Source: Hyphochytrium catenoides (lineage: Eukaryota; Protista; Hyphochytriomycota). From it: a stretch of DNA of 64,000 bases. The stretch is from positions 1 to 64,000 of the forward strand of contig FLMG01003138.1 of the NCBI GenBank assembly GCA_900088475.1, given 5' to 3'. The notes under the pieces were generated by a model, which was not told where the DNA came from, did no database searches, and saw nothing but the letters and a program-made list of their open reading frames with translations. The position numbers and the translations under genes are program-made. How positions within the stretch are numbered: the stretch's first letter is position 1; each line of letters opens with the position of its first letter. Below are positions 39,770-51,569 of this stretch, piece after piece.

Positions 39770-39949
39770 GGTCTATTATTCCCAAAACCTTTCCCCTCTC
39801 TATCCTCCTGCCGCCATAGGAGAGAAAGGTGGTCATAAATAATAAGTATTCAAGCCATCACACTCCCTTTCCCAGCACCTGCTCTCAGCCTCCCTGCGTT
39901 CTCGCCCTCTTTAGGTCAACTATGGAGCTATTGGTCATAGACCGCTTAC

Positions 39950-42358
39950 TCAGTCCTTCCCTTCCAGAGATCTGAGAAAGGCCTGTAAGCTGCCTGGCTG
40001 AGGGATTGATGGAGGAGCTACGTTGCTCTTTCGTTTTTTGGCCTTCTTGCCATTATCCTCTAGCACACTTGGGCTCTGCCGTCTCTCTAAGGCGGATCCT
40101 TTTATGCTGGTTGCACTCGTAACTTTTCTACTGACGGGCACAGAAGGTGAGCTACCTTGATGACGGGAGATAGAGGAAGAAGCTACTCTCCCTTGAGCTT
40201 GGGATGAGGCAAAAGAGAATGGTTTCTTTGATGCTGTCGCGTCCAGTTTCTGGGCTTGCGCTTGGTGAGAAAACGAATAGGGAGCAGCCTTTCCTTGGGC
40301 TTGGGCTTGTGTTGATGCATAGGAAGAAGGCTGTTGTGAAGTCGTCATATTGATATCGGATGACTGGGTGTTGTCCTGCGTTTCTCGTTCCCCTTGATGG
40401 ACAATAGCTTTGTCCTCATTCTTCTCTCTTGCTATCTGCTTCTTAAGGTGAGACGACTGCACACCCAACGAAGCGAACGCTGCCAGAGGAGATGGGATGG
40501 TCTGTAGGCCACCGTCATTTAAAGATTGGAGTTTCTCCTGAACCAAGAGGGCAAGCTTCGTATTGCTTCCTGGAAATCATTGTTGAACACCAGTAATGGT
40601 ATGCCAGCAAGAATGCGTGAGGGAGAGAGAGTGAGAGGAACAACCCGATATCTAAGAAGAGAGAAACCACCTAAATTATGCAGCTATCCATAGAGAACAA
40701 AATACGGATAACTGCGGTTGTTATTTCGGGCCAAATGAGAGAACTAGTCCTTAGCAGGAGGACTTGTTGCAGAAGAAGGAGAAATAGGTTTACGGTTAAT
40801 CCGTTGACGTGTCCCGACGCCTGATGACCTAAAACTTACCGGGAGTGTGGCTTGCTTTGCCGCCGCCACCTGAAGGGGAATGCGTTGCGGCCCCTTTCCT
40901 TTCTTTCCTCTTGCTATGTGTCATCGCTTTTACTCGCTTCTTTCGTTGTCGTCTCGTCTCATTTCCTACTCGCTCAAACGCGCCACATCGCTTGCAGGTC
41001 AGATTCTGTCCAGAAGCTCGTTAGGTAACGCATTTAACATATGCTCTTGTGAGGAGCGCTTCTCATAGCCGTTCAGACCAGGAGGCAGGCAGAACAGGAG
41101 AACTTGGGGTCTAGTGGATAGGAGTCACGAAAAAATATCTGTGGGAGAGGGAGAGCGGGGCGCATCATCCATACCAAGGAAACTTATACTAAAAGTTAAG
41201 AGTTCTGAGGTTACCAGTTCCGACTTCAATGGATTAGTCTGGACGTCATCAAAGATCTTACTGCCTCCACCTAGAACAGAGCAACAGCAAAGGCGAAGTT
41301 AAGCACGTGCCAGCGACGTGAACGAAAGTACACATCTAGGGCCGTGGGGAAGAGAAAATAAGCACGAAAGTGTGGACAGTGGAGTTTGTTACGTTGAGGG
41401 AGAAAAGCCCGCTTGCTCTGTCCTAGCGCTTTTGAATTTTACCTTGCATTTGAAAAGTGCATCGCTGCTTGTTTGTCCTGGATCTCCAGTTTCTGGCTCG
41501 CACTCTAAGAGAGGCTGAATGGCCCACTATGAGTAGCGATGAACAGGACCGACAGAGCTTTTTCGTGACTTCCTCAGGAAGGGCTGAGACCGGTACGTGT
41601 ATAGGTCATAAGAGAGAGGTGAGGATAAATAAGTGACGGCAATGCACGTCCATGCTGGAGCTACAAAGGCCAACAGAAGAGCAAAATACATCTGAACAGG
41701 TCCTTGGATTTGGGACAGGGAAGTGCCAGGGCAGAAGGTAGAGTGAGAAAGAAATAAGAAGGCAACCGTACATATCCCATTAGCCGCTGCCACTGCCACC
41801 ATTTCTGCCCTGTTCGAGATGAGAGCGTAGCGTTAGCAGAGTTATGCTGAAAATAAGGACTCAAAAGAGCGAGCATCTGCCACATCTGTTAAGGACTAGA
41901 TGTAGATGCGTAAAGAATAAAATATAGGTCCGATAAATGAGCTTACGAATACTGATGAGAAAGTCCGGGCTGCCTGGTCAGTAGAGCATGTGCAGTAAAC
42001 CAGAGGAAGTTAAGCCGCTGAAGCGCAGTTGTTGAAGGGATGACAGCATCCTTCTCCCAGTGGCTGCGCCTCAAGAAGGGGACTTCGGCACCAAACACGT
42101 CGCGGAAGTGTTGAGCTCCGCCTGTCAGGCCACTTTGGAGGGAGGACATCAGTTGAGATCTCTCCATGCCCTCTTCCATCCTGAGACGTGTGGCTGGAGC
42201 TATTCTACTCAAGATGGAGGCATGACCGGGGAGACATTGGTTCCAGATCAACAGTCTGCCACAGCCGATGTTCAATGTCTCGAGGTGGATTGTGAGCTGA
42301 CCTCCTCCAACGGGAAGCCAGGGGCAACATTCGAGACGATGGTGCTGTTGATACTCAT
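39950..42358 (-). CDS. Hypothetical multi-exon protein with a Ser/Gln-rich C-terminus and basic NLS-like motif
   Basis: A ~200-codon last exon contains KKAKKRK and ends SLQAFLRSLEGKD*. Several upstream GT-AG-bounded short exons and an ATG at 42358 are plausible. The exon chain is not resolved and no family is recognised. Confidence 0.5.
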
Positions 42359-42634
42359 TCTTCGTCTGCGGCTGTCCGTTTATCTGGAAGTCTCAAGTGG
42401 AAAAGCTTCAGAAACTCATCAGAACCGTCAACCAACACCTGTGCTCCACAGTTATCAATAGTCCGATACAGAATTGGTTATCAAAATGCCAGCGGGTATG
42501 GGAACTTTCTTTGATGTGATGGAAACACCGGACTGAGCTCATCAGTCTAATAAGGATCCGTGAAGCTTGAAGCTTTGAAGCTTCATATGTCTGAGCTCCT
42601 CCTCTTCCACGAAGCTATAGGCAGTCGAGGAACT

Positions 42635-45600
42635 ATGACGAAAGACGCGGTAGACCACTCTAGTGCCTGTTACTATTGATAAGGGATAGCTTCCTCTTCT
42701 CCTTGTCTGGCTAGCAATCGTCTCTTTCTTCTCTGTAGGTTGAGAAGAGGAGGACAGGGGGGAGAAGAATGTTCAAAAAGTTGACAACTTCCATTTGGTC
42801 CGACCCTAGCACCACGGGACCGATAGGTGCTACCGACAGAGGAGAAGGTTAGGGATGACCCATGCCTCTCAAGACACCTCTAAGGAGGGCTCTGACGCCT
42901 AACTAACCCTGTTCGTTTTGCACCCTGCCCTTTCGCTTTCGTTGTTACACGGACAGGAGATGGCCCTTCAGTGGCGGCTTCAGCAGCCTCATCTGCTTCC
43001 TCGGCAGCCTCGGCAGCTGGATCAACATTCATGGGGTTGGTGAGAAAAGCGTCGGAAGCTGCTAGCCAGGTTAGGAACACTTCTCTTCTCAATAAGGAAG
43101 GAGATACTGGTAAGAGGGTGGCCGTGGCTTTTTGGCGGAACTTTTTGCTGACTATTAGACTTCAGGTCCCCATGCTTCTACAGCCTCAAAGGTCACAGAG
43201 AGTGCAGCGAGCGCGGCTAACCAAGCTGCGAACGCCGCGAAAGGGGCCGCCTCATCCTTATATGGCTATCTCAAAGCCAGTTCGGCGCCATCAGATACGC
43301 AGGACAGGGAAGGGGGGCACAACACCACTTCTGCAGCGACGATATTTCAAGGGATCGCTACTAAGTTTGAAGGTGAAGTTTCAGGAGACCTCGACAACAG
43401 ATGCATCAAATATTCTAACACTTTCTCTGGATCTATCCATCTCCTTAACTGCTGCTACTACTCAGCCGGTGCCAAGACAATCGCTAAAGAGGGGGCAAAT
43501 AAAGCGAGTCAATTGAAGAAAGCGGTGGAACAAACGGCCGACATGGACGCCTTGCAGCGAAAGCTAGCGGCTCTCGAGTCGAAGTATCACGCTAATATAG
43601 GCAAGGAAGAGACTGGGAGCCTTACCTTTGTCACTTTCTCTCTGTCTTTGTCGCAAAGTAGCACCCTTCTCTTTGCTGCTCATTACTCCCTATATACATT
43701 CATCACTACCTTTTCACTACCGGATCACTATGCTAACCTGTGTGTTTGCGATGATTCTCCTACACTCTGCAGAGGTTGACATATCTGCGCTTAACTTCAC
43801 TTACATTACTCCACGGGTAGTGGCGATGGGCTTTCCTTCCTCCTCTGCTTCCCTTGGATCTAAGTCGAACATGAACCCCGTTGATGCTATCGCTAAGCAT
43901 TTGCGTGATAAACATCAGGGCAAATTTATGATCTGGAATCTTAGTGGTAAGCCTGAGAAGGACTGTCATAGGTGCACATCTTCTGGCTCGACTTTGTTGT
44001 CCAATGATGAGGCAGTACAGAGACCTTCCCCAGCTGCCTCTTGGACCAGTCTTTGACTGTCGGGCCCCTCCGCGTACCTTACATATTCTCATGGTCGCGG
44101 TACTACTCTCGTCCCTTTCTGCCTGTGCGTTAACTCGCCTTTTGTACGTTTTCTTTTGCCTCCTCTGCCATTATCTCCATCACTTGATTATTCTGAAGCC
44201 ATCCAGTGGAACCGACTCACCACTCTTTTTCTTTTTTGCTATTCAATGGTAGAGGAGCCGTATGACTACTCAAAGTTTGATGATCAGGTAATCTGGAAGC
44301 AACCACCAGTGATCGGTATCGCTGAGGGCAGCCTCCTCCTGATCTCGGCTCTAAGTAACCTGTCCCAAATAAAGACGGAGCCAGAAAAGGAACGCTTTGG
44401 GCTTCGACACTCATTTTCACTTACGTCTGTCCGTCCCTTGGCATTATGTTGCTCTTCCAGGTTCTAGAGTTCAAATTCCCAGGCTATCCGGCCCCTCCTT
44501 TAGGCATGTTATTCAATATCTGCCAGTCCATAGAGAACTGGTTACATGCAGACCCAGAGAACATCGCTGTAGTGCACTGCCTCACTGGGAAGGGACGGAC
44601 GGGAACAGGTAGAAGCTTCCCTCTTCTTTTGCGGAAAAGTTTGCTATGGACTCCTAAACTATTTCTTCCCGTTTAAACTTCGTCCGTAACTGCTGCCACT
44701 GCCTATCCATCCCTCATTATCCTAGCTCTGGCGTCATATCTAACCTGGGTCGGGGACTGTGATAACGCAATGGAGGCCCTTCAATATATCTCTCAGGCAC
44801 GAGGATCGTCAGTAGAGAAAATGACAATACCTAGCCAGCGGCGGTACGATCTACTTTGCCATCAGCCATAAATTCCACTTCTAACGGACACTACCTTGTC
44901 ACTCTCGTAGCTATATTCAATATTTCACCAATCTGATGGAAGGCCTTAAGCCTCGCTCCTCACCATTACTACTGAAGCGTGTCATTATCAACTCCATCCC
45001 AATCTTTTCAACGTGGACCAGTCGAAGCCGAGCCGAGAACGGAGAGATAGTAGAGGTACCACTTTCATTGCTCTCTTTCTGCCTTCACTGTCAAGAAGTG
45101 CGGTCTCTAAGCTAAAAATTCTCGTTTGACGACACTCTATTTATGCATTTCGCTTAGATCGCAAACTTCTCACAGCTTTCAAATTCTTGTTTGATAGGAT
45201 CAGTCCCAAGGGTGCTGTCCGTACCTTCAGATTTTCAAAAATGGAAAGTTAATCTTCACGACGACATGGAAGGATCAACAAAATGGCGGTATCAAGTGGG
45301 CCAGGGACACTGATGGAAGTGTCAGCTTTCCCATCAACTGCCTACTCCAGGGAGATGTACTCATTCGCTGCCGGCATCTTGCAGAGGATGGTACGTCTTT
45401 ACGCACTTTAAGCTCTTGTACTTCTCAATGAGATCTTGGTCTTAGCTCCTGGTCATGCCTGTCACTGTGTCCTGTTCTTGTTTGTCTCGAATGAGTACAC
45501 TTTACTTTAGTCGTCAAGACTGAATCTGTCGGACGTCTTTCCCAATAACCCCTTCCTCGGCTTAACTACGCTTCTCGTCTCGCTGTCAACTCTGTCCTGA

Positions 45601-47833
45601 GCGTTTATGCTTGACCTTAAGTTGGTCTTACCAGTGCTTATGCCATGCTTGTCTTATCAGGGCAACGGATATCAATGTTTCGGGCTGCATTCCACACGGG
45701 CTATATACCACTGGGTATTTTGCGGTAGGTTGGCAGAAAGAGTGAAGTCTAGCCGTTTACCATATTTGGCGACACTCCCATCGGGCGACAACTCCATTTA
45801 TTCCAACAGTGAGTGAGAGAAGAGGAAAGATTGAGGAGAGAGAGGGATTAGTATTGACTGTCCATCCCGGTACGTTAGCCGGGTTTGGATTGGGGCACAG
45901 CCTTCAGGAGGAATGAAAGCTAATCCTGATTGGGGCGACAGACTGACAAAGGCGCAGCTGGATGGGGCATGCCAGGACGACCGATTTTCGACGGAATTCT
46001 TCGTGGATCTCATATTTGCGCAAGTCACATCAGGGGATTCTTCGACCGGTACCACCTCTTTTCTGTCTCACTCGTAGGGTACCTGGCTCTTGGACAATAT
46101 TTCTCTCATCGCCTTCATGAACCTATGGAGTCTGACTCTGTTACTCTCCGAACAATAAATGGCAGGAGTCCAGATGGAGGGCCTTCAAATTACTGGCGCG
46201 GAGAAAGAAGCATATGACGGTGAGTCATTCTATGGAAAGGGGTCGCTGAATATGCCTTTGGGGGTTGGGAGGGGGGTGGTTGAAGGTGGAAAGCTGGAAC
46301 TTTTCCGGACATAGAAGTAGACGACAGAGTGAGAAAACAATGACCGTAGATCTTATCTGAATGCCTACAGATATGCTTCACAAGGATGAAGCCTTCTGGG
46401 AGGACATCGCTAAGAGAAAAGCTCTCCGGCGAAAGAAAACCGACAAACTGAAGCCGACCGTGGAGGTAGAACAACACATCCCAACGTTTGGGCCCCATCT
46501 TCCGCTTGCTTAGACATTGACCTCAACAGAAGTGCTTCTTAGTCCACACCTGCAGATGGGATGCTCTATGTATACCTATATACATCTCCGCTTGCTTTTG
46601 CTAGGGTGCTTACTACTGTTCAGTTGTTGTTCGCTAATGGTCTTGTCACCTCTCTGTGCAGCAACCTGGCACATCAACGACCTTTAGTATCATTAGCGCA
46701 GAGGAGAACATTAACATAGGTATGTGATCATGCCCAAGTATCAGGGTCCTCGTAGCTAATGATCATTGCCTTTGTTCTCCATCAGAATACGAGCGTCCTC
46801 GGATAGGAAGCTGGGATGCCATTGCCGATCAAGAGCTGTTAGCTCAATTGGAGTCGCTAACCACGACTTCCTCCATAAAGCCCAGTTTTCAAATAGATGC
46901 CGCAGGGACAACGGAGGTGAGACAGTCATGCTTCTGTATGCGAGAGCGCGCTATAGAGACTGGGATCTTCGTGCAGCATTTTACTATAGAGCCATGGAGG
47001 TTGGAGAAGCCTAATCTATATGGTTGCGCAGGGGCCGGAGATGACTAGTAAGGGTTCGACCACCTTCGAGTGGCAAGCTGCTGCACCGAGTACAGCCATT
47101 CCATTGAAAGCAGAGAAAGCTGATGCCGGGGGAGTCAAAACAAGCAAAGAGGAAGATCTAATAGGTATAGTTAGATCACGTGGTCTTCGTCAAACTTCCG
47201 TCTGAGCGTCATCTGCCAGCCGCTAAGCTAGCGTGCGTTATCAGTGCTGCCATCCGTCTTGACGTTAATTCATTTGCCCTTGGCCCCCTACCATCTCTCC
47301 TCCTCTCTGGGTGGTGGATTTATCTTATTCCGACTACCTGTTTCTTGGTAATCCTACTGAATGGGTTCGTCTGCTATCTCCCCCACAGACTTCATGGGGC
47401 CTCAGTCGAAACCTATGCTGTCCCCTGTGGAGCTCAACTCTGAGATCTCTGCGCTGGCCGACTTGGAAAAAGAGTTAGGGCTTGAGAGTTTTTCAAAGTC
47501 CATTCAAGATCTGCCGCTGGACACACACGTGTCCGATGGTAAGAGCACGGGCACACGTAGAATCATCGGACAACAGAAAGAGTGGCATTCAGCGAGGTTT
47601 ATTTGCGTTAGGGGCTCATCAGAGAAAGGACAAATTGTAATGAGCTCTAGACATGGTGTCGCTCATGCTCTAACTTCTCCTTTTCAGCGGATTTGCTAGG
47701 TGACCTGGAAGGACTGGGAGTGCTAGAAGAGGAGAGGAAAGAGAAGACGGAGCCGGGTCAACTGCAGAACGTGGATGTAGATGACAATTTTGATGAACTG
47801 GAGGAGTATCTCAGCAGCCTGTCAACGAAGTAG
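42635..47833 (+). CDS. PTEN/tensin-type phosphatase + C2 domain protein with acidic tail (multi-exon; start 42635 or 42769)
   Basis: The phosphatase domain reads LNFTYITPRVVAMGFP, FMIWNLSEEPYDYSKF, PAPPL...ICQSIENWLHADPENIAVVHCLTGKGRTG and TIPSQRRYIQYF. The C2 domain reads LLLKRVII...GCCPYLQIFKNG...GDVLIRC.H...MFRAAFHTGY...LTKAQLD. It ends DDNFDELEEYLSSLSTK*. Confidence 0.88.
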
Positions 47834-48254
47834 CGACTTAGTGTAGATTCTCTCGCTAATGGGAGGGATGAGCTTGCACCTCCAACGCTAATAAGTCATC
47901 ACACACTATTTAGAGCTTTTCTCGAGTAGATCCCGGCCTCTGGATAGTACGTCTTAAGGTTGTCTTTTACTATGAGACTTTGCAGGCAGCAAGGGTCCGA
48001 TAAGCATCGCATGTCCGGTGTATTACCCGAGAGCATAGACTGTACTAGAAGAGACGTATGTACGGCTAAGAGTTCCTTCGACCAAGGTGGTTATCGGAGA
48101 GCTAGACAGTGTCACAGAGCTGAAGATCTTTGATGCTGCAGGGACATTAGAAAAAACTGCTGTTGAACAGGGGATGACGTCGGTCTGGGAGCTCGCTAAT
48201 GGTGGAGCCCCAAGCTATGCATGGACCTTAGCCCACTAATACGAATTTGTCCGG

Positions 48255-50506
48255 CTAGTTCCTCCAGAACCGTAGCACATCGTCAAGGGTTTCTCCTGGT
48301 TTGAGGAGCTCAAAGTGGAAGACAGAGTTGTCTTGTGGATCTACATAGCCGCCATATACGGCTGAGGCTGGCTTACTATTGTACCTTGAGTACATTGCCA
48401 TTGTATAGCTGCTGGTGTCATGGATTAGGACGAGGTCGCCCTTCTCAATTGGAGGGAGGAGGACGTCCTTAGCGATGATGTCCCCAGAAAAGCAGAGAGG
48501 GCCCGCGAGTTGGTACAAGCGCTCTCCACTTCCACGTGCCTCCAAATCTTCCCCCTCTTCCTTCATATTGTCACCTCTGAGACTCTTCAGTCTTCCTTCA
48601 GGGCTGTAGACTGAGATTCGATGCTTCCATTGGTCTGGAAAGTACGCCTCTCTGATAAACTGGTTGGATCCTACGTGTAAAACGGCAATGGCGCCACCAT
48701 CAGCGGCTGTCTTGACCGTACAGACTTTGGAGACGGTAACCCCACACTTGGCTAGCATGCTCCGACCAAACTCTGTGATGATACGATACCTAGATCAAAT
48801 GTGATACAGGAGTTAGGTATAAGGCCGCTGCCATAGGGACCAGAAGCCCAAACGGAGCTTGGTTTATAGAGATATTATGGCTACGGTGTAGATGAGAGCA
48901 AAAGCAGAAGCAGAGCATTGCGAACCTGCCATCAAAAAGTCCTGGGATGCCTTGTGCTAGTGCTCGAGCATACTCATCATAGCTGTGAGCATGACTGAAC
49001 CCATCGTAGTTTGTGGACAATCCGCCACCGATATCAATGGTCCGTATCTGCTGATTGCCAGGGTCCTTTAAGTCGTTTATCTCCTCCGCCAAAAGGAATA
49101 TCCGGCGCACGCCCTTGACCAGCAGGTCCAAGGAACAACCCTGCGAGCCAACATGCACGTGCAATCCTAACGAGCGAAAGCAAAAAGTAGAGAGATGGCA
49201 ACAACGCACATATGAGAAAGAGAGTGTGGTGGTCCCAGATGGGCCAGCAGGCTCCGGTCGATCGACAATAATATGAAAGTGGTAGTTGACAGCAGCCTAA
49301 TCTAGGATGAAATGAAGAGTGAACAGAGTAGACAGAAAGCCGGCTTTCATGTTTAGGGCTTGGAGACATCCTCCTAGAGATAGCGCTGTACTAGGGAACC
49401 CGGACTGCAGAAGTCGGTGTGAGACTTGGAAGATCTGCCATCCTACCTGACAGCCAGGAGAAGGTGTGGAAGAGAGAAAGCACATGTTGTCGACTGTCTT
49501 CCGTCAGCGGGACTCCGAACTTGCTAGAGCCAGTAGCAGTGGAGATGTAGGCCAAAGTGCCTGCTCCAACCACGGGATTGATCCTCAGCCCAATCGCAGG
49601 GGGCGTGGAGAAGTGCTCCTGCTTCAGAATCTGTGACAAGCCCAGGGCACCATCTTAGGTCAGCCACGTATAGTCTAAACATTTCTGAGTAGTAATGAAT
49701 GGCAGCACCTGGTCGGTGAGATGAAGCTCGTCCTCGTTGTCGAGGTTGATGGTACAGCCCCAACGAAGTGCTGAGCGGAGTTCTTGCTCCGTTTTGCAAG
49801 GAGAGTCAAAGACCACATCTCTCGGTGGGAAGCCCAGCTGCAAGGCGTGTACCACCTCACCAAAGGAGGCACACTCGGCTCCCGCGCCAAGCTGCTGCGC
49901 CTCTCTAAGGATCGAGGCGATTGGGTTTGCCTTAACAGCCAGCGCGTGCGTACAAATGGGCCTCTCTCCTGCGACAGAAGAGAATGCCATCTGCAGTGAC
50001 TGTAGGCGGAATCTAAATGTATCCATGAAGAAGAGATCTAGGCAGGGAAGGTCATCGTCTATTTTGATGTGCTTGACAGCTTGCGAAAGAGCGCTCTCCA
50101 CTACTGCTTCGCTCAATGTGTCTGGGTAATTAGTCTGTGTGTCTAGCAAGGGCAGCTCCGGATATGTTTTTGGAAGAGATGCTGGGACAGCCTTTATTCC
50201 CCCCGCTCGCTTCTGGGCTTGCACTTGCTGATAAAAGCTGCCAAGAGAGGTAAGAATCTCTGGTGGACTTAGAACGTACCGTTCTTCCCCAATGGCCGTA
50301 GCGCCTTCAGCGCTAGAGGCAGTCATATCGCCGCTTTCCTTAGCAAATTGTCGAAAAGCCGCAGACATAAACTCTTTGAGGTTCTCCGCGGAAGATTGAG
50401 AGCTCCATTCTGACGACGATGGTTGCTCAAGGTGACCAACTGCCCCTACCGCACATTCAAGCAGCCGTCCCAAACCATCCGTAGCGTTTCGCGATGGCTC
50501 TGCCAT
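48255..50506 (-). CDS. Group IV PLP-dependent decarboxylase, diaminopimelate decarboxylase (LysA)-like (4 exons)
   Basis: Motifs are AVKANP (PLP Lys), GAECASFGE, FDSPCKT, INLDN, GLRINP...SKFG, GLHVHVGSQ, IDIGGG, TEFGR, GPLCFSGD and YSRYN. Confidence 0.88.
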
Positions 50507-50924
50507 GGTCCCCGACCGCCCCTTCCCTTGTATAGTCCCTTCAAGAGTGTAATGGAATCTCCACAATATCTCTTCCTGCTACTGCACGCCACCGGCCCCA
50601 TCATCGAGGCCTCTGTCCTCTGTCAGTGTGATCAGAAGTTCAGAAGCTGGGAGGATGCGAATCCGAATCATGAAGCTCATGAAATGGAGTAGTAATACGA
50701 AGGATGCATAGCATAGGCGCTATATACGTGTATTAGCAAAATAATAGGTTTCGGACGAATGTCAGAAGAGCATCAGAACCCCAGAGGCGTTACTTCTCGA
50801 CCCATAACTTCTAAGCAAGGAGAAAGGAGGTAGCACGGCGCTATCAACCTTTTAGGGCACTACTACTCCATGTACTGCGCCCCCAGACTTTGGAGTATGA
50901 TAATAGATAGAGCAGGATTCTGCC

Positions 50925-51569
50925 TTAGAGGGCTGGAGTCTTTCTGAGGATCACGATAACCAGCACAATGATAAGAGCAGCAATGGCAAAGTAAAGAACA
51001 ATGGTGTTGCAGAACACCCCGAGCTTCAGCTTGTTCAGAAGGGAGCTCGCTTCCTTAGCATCCTGTCGAATATCCACCACTTGCTGGTCAGCTCGCCGCA
51101 GCACCTCACCCTGCCGATTGAACTCGTCGGCGACGTTGACGGCAATCTGTTCAGTCTCTCCAATAACTCTATCAGCGTCCGCCAGCTTATTACCAGCTCT
51201 TTGATTTTGTCTATTATACTCCAGAGCTCGCTCACGGTCATCCATTTGGTTAATTTGTTGCTGTCGTTGCCTCCTGGCTTCCTCCGACATCAGCTCTGCT
51301 CGTCTTAAGTCGTCCTCGAGCTTCTGTAACTTTGATCGTGCAGTCCGTACGCTTTGTGTCATTACTCTTTTCTGTGTCACATTCCCTGCCCGTGCTTCAG
51401 CTTCCATCATCTTTATATACCGCTCGGCATTGCCGAGTCGATCCCTTATGTCTTGTACATACTGAGGTCGCTCGGCGCCTGAAATGCCTGGTAGTCTCTG
51501 AATGAGGGGCTGGGTTGACGACACCACTGCATTGAAGTCATCTTCCAAGTTCTCAAAGGCTTCTGTCAT
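50925..51569 (-). CDS. VTI1: VTI1-like Qb-SNARE (CDS uninterrupted)
   Basis: It has an N-terminal Habc domain (FENLEDDF...IKMMEAEAR), a SNARE helix (ETEQIAVNVADEFNRQGEVL) and a C-terminal transmembrane anchor. Confidence 0.88.
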   Translation of the reverse strand: MTEAFENLEDDFNAVVSSTQPLIQRLPGISGAERPQYVQDIRDRLGNAERYIKMMEAEARAGNVTQKRVMTQSVRTARSKLQKLEDDLRRAELMSEEARRQRQQQINQMDDRERALEYNRQNQRAGNKLADADRVIGETEQIAVNVADEFNRQGEVLRRADQQVVDIRQDAKEASSLLNKLKLGVFCNTIVLYFAIAALIIVLVIVILRKTPAL

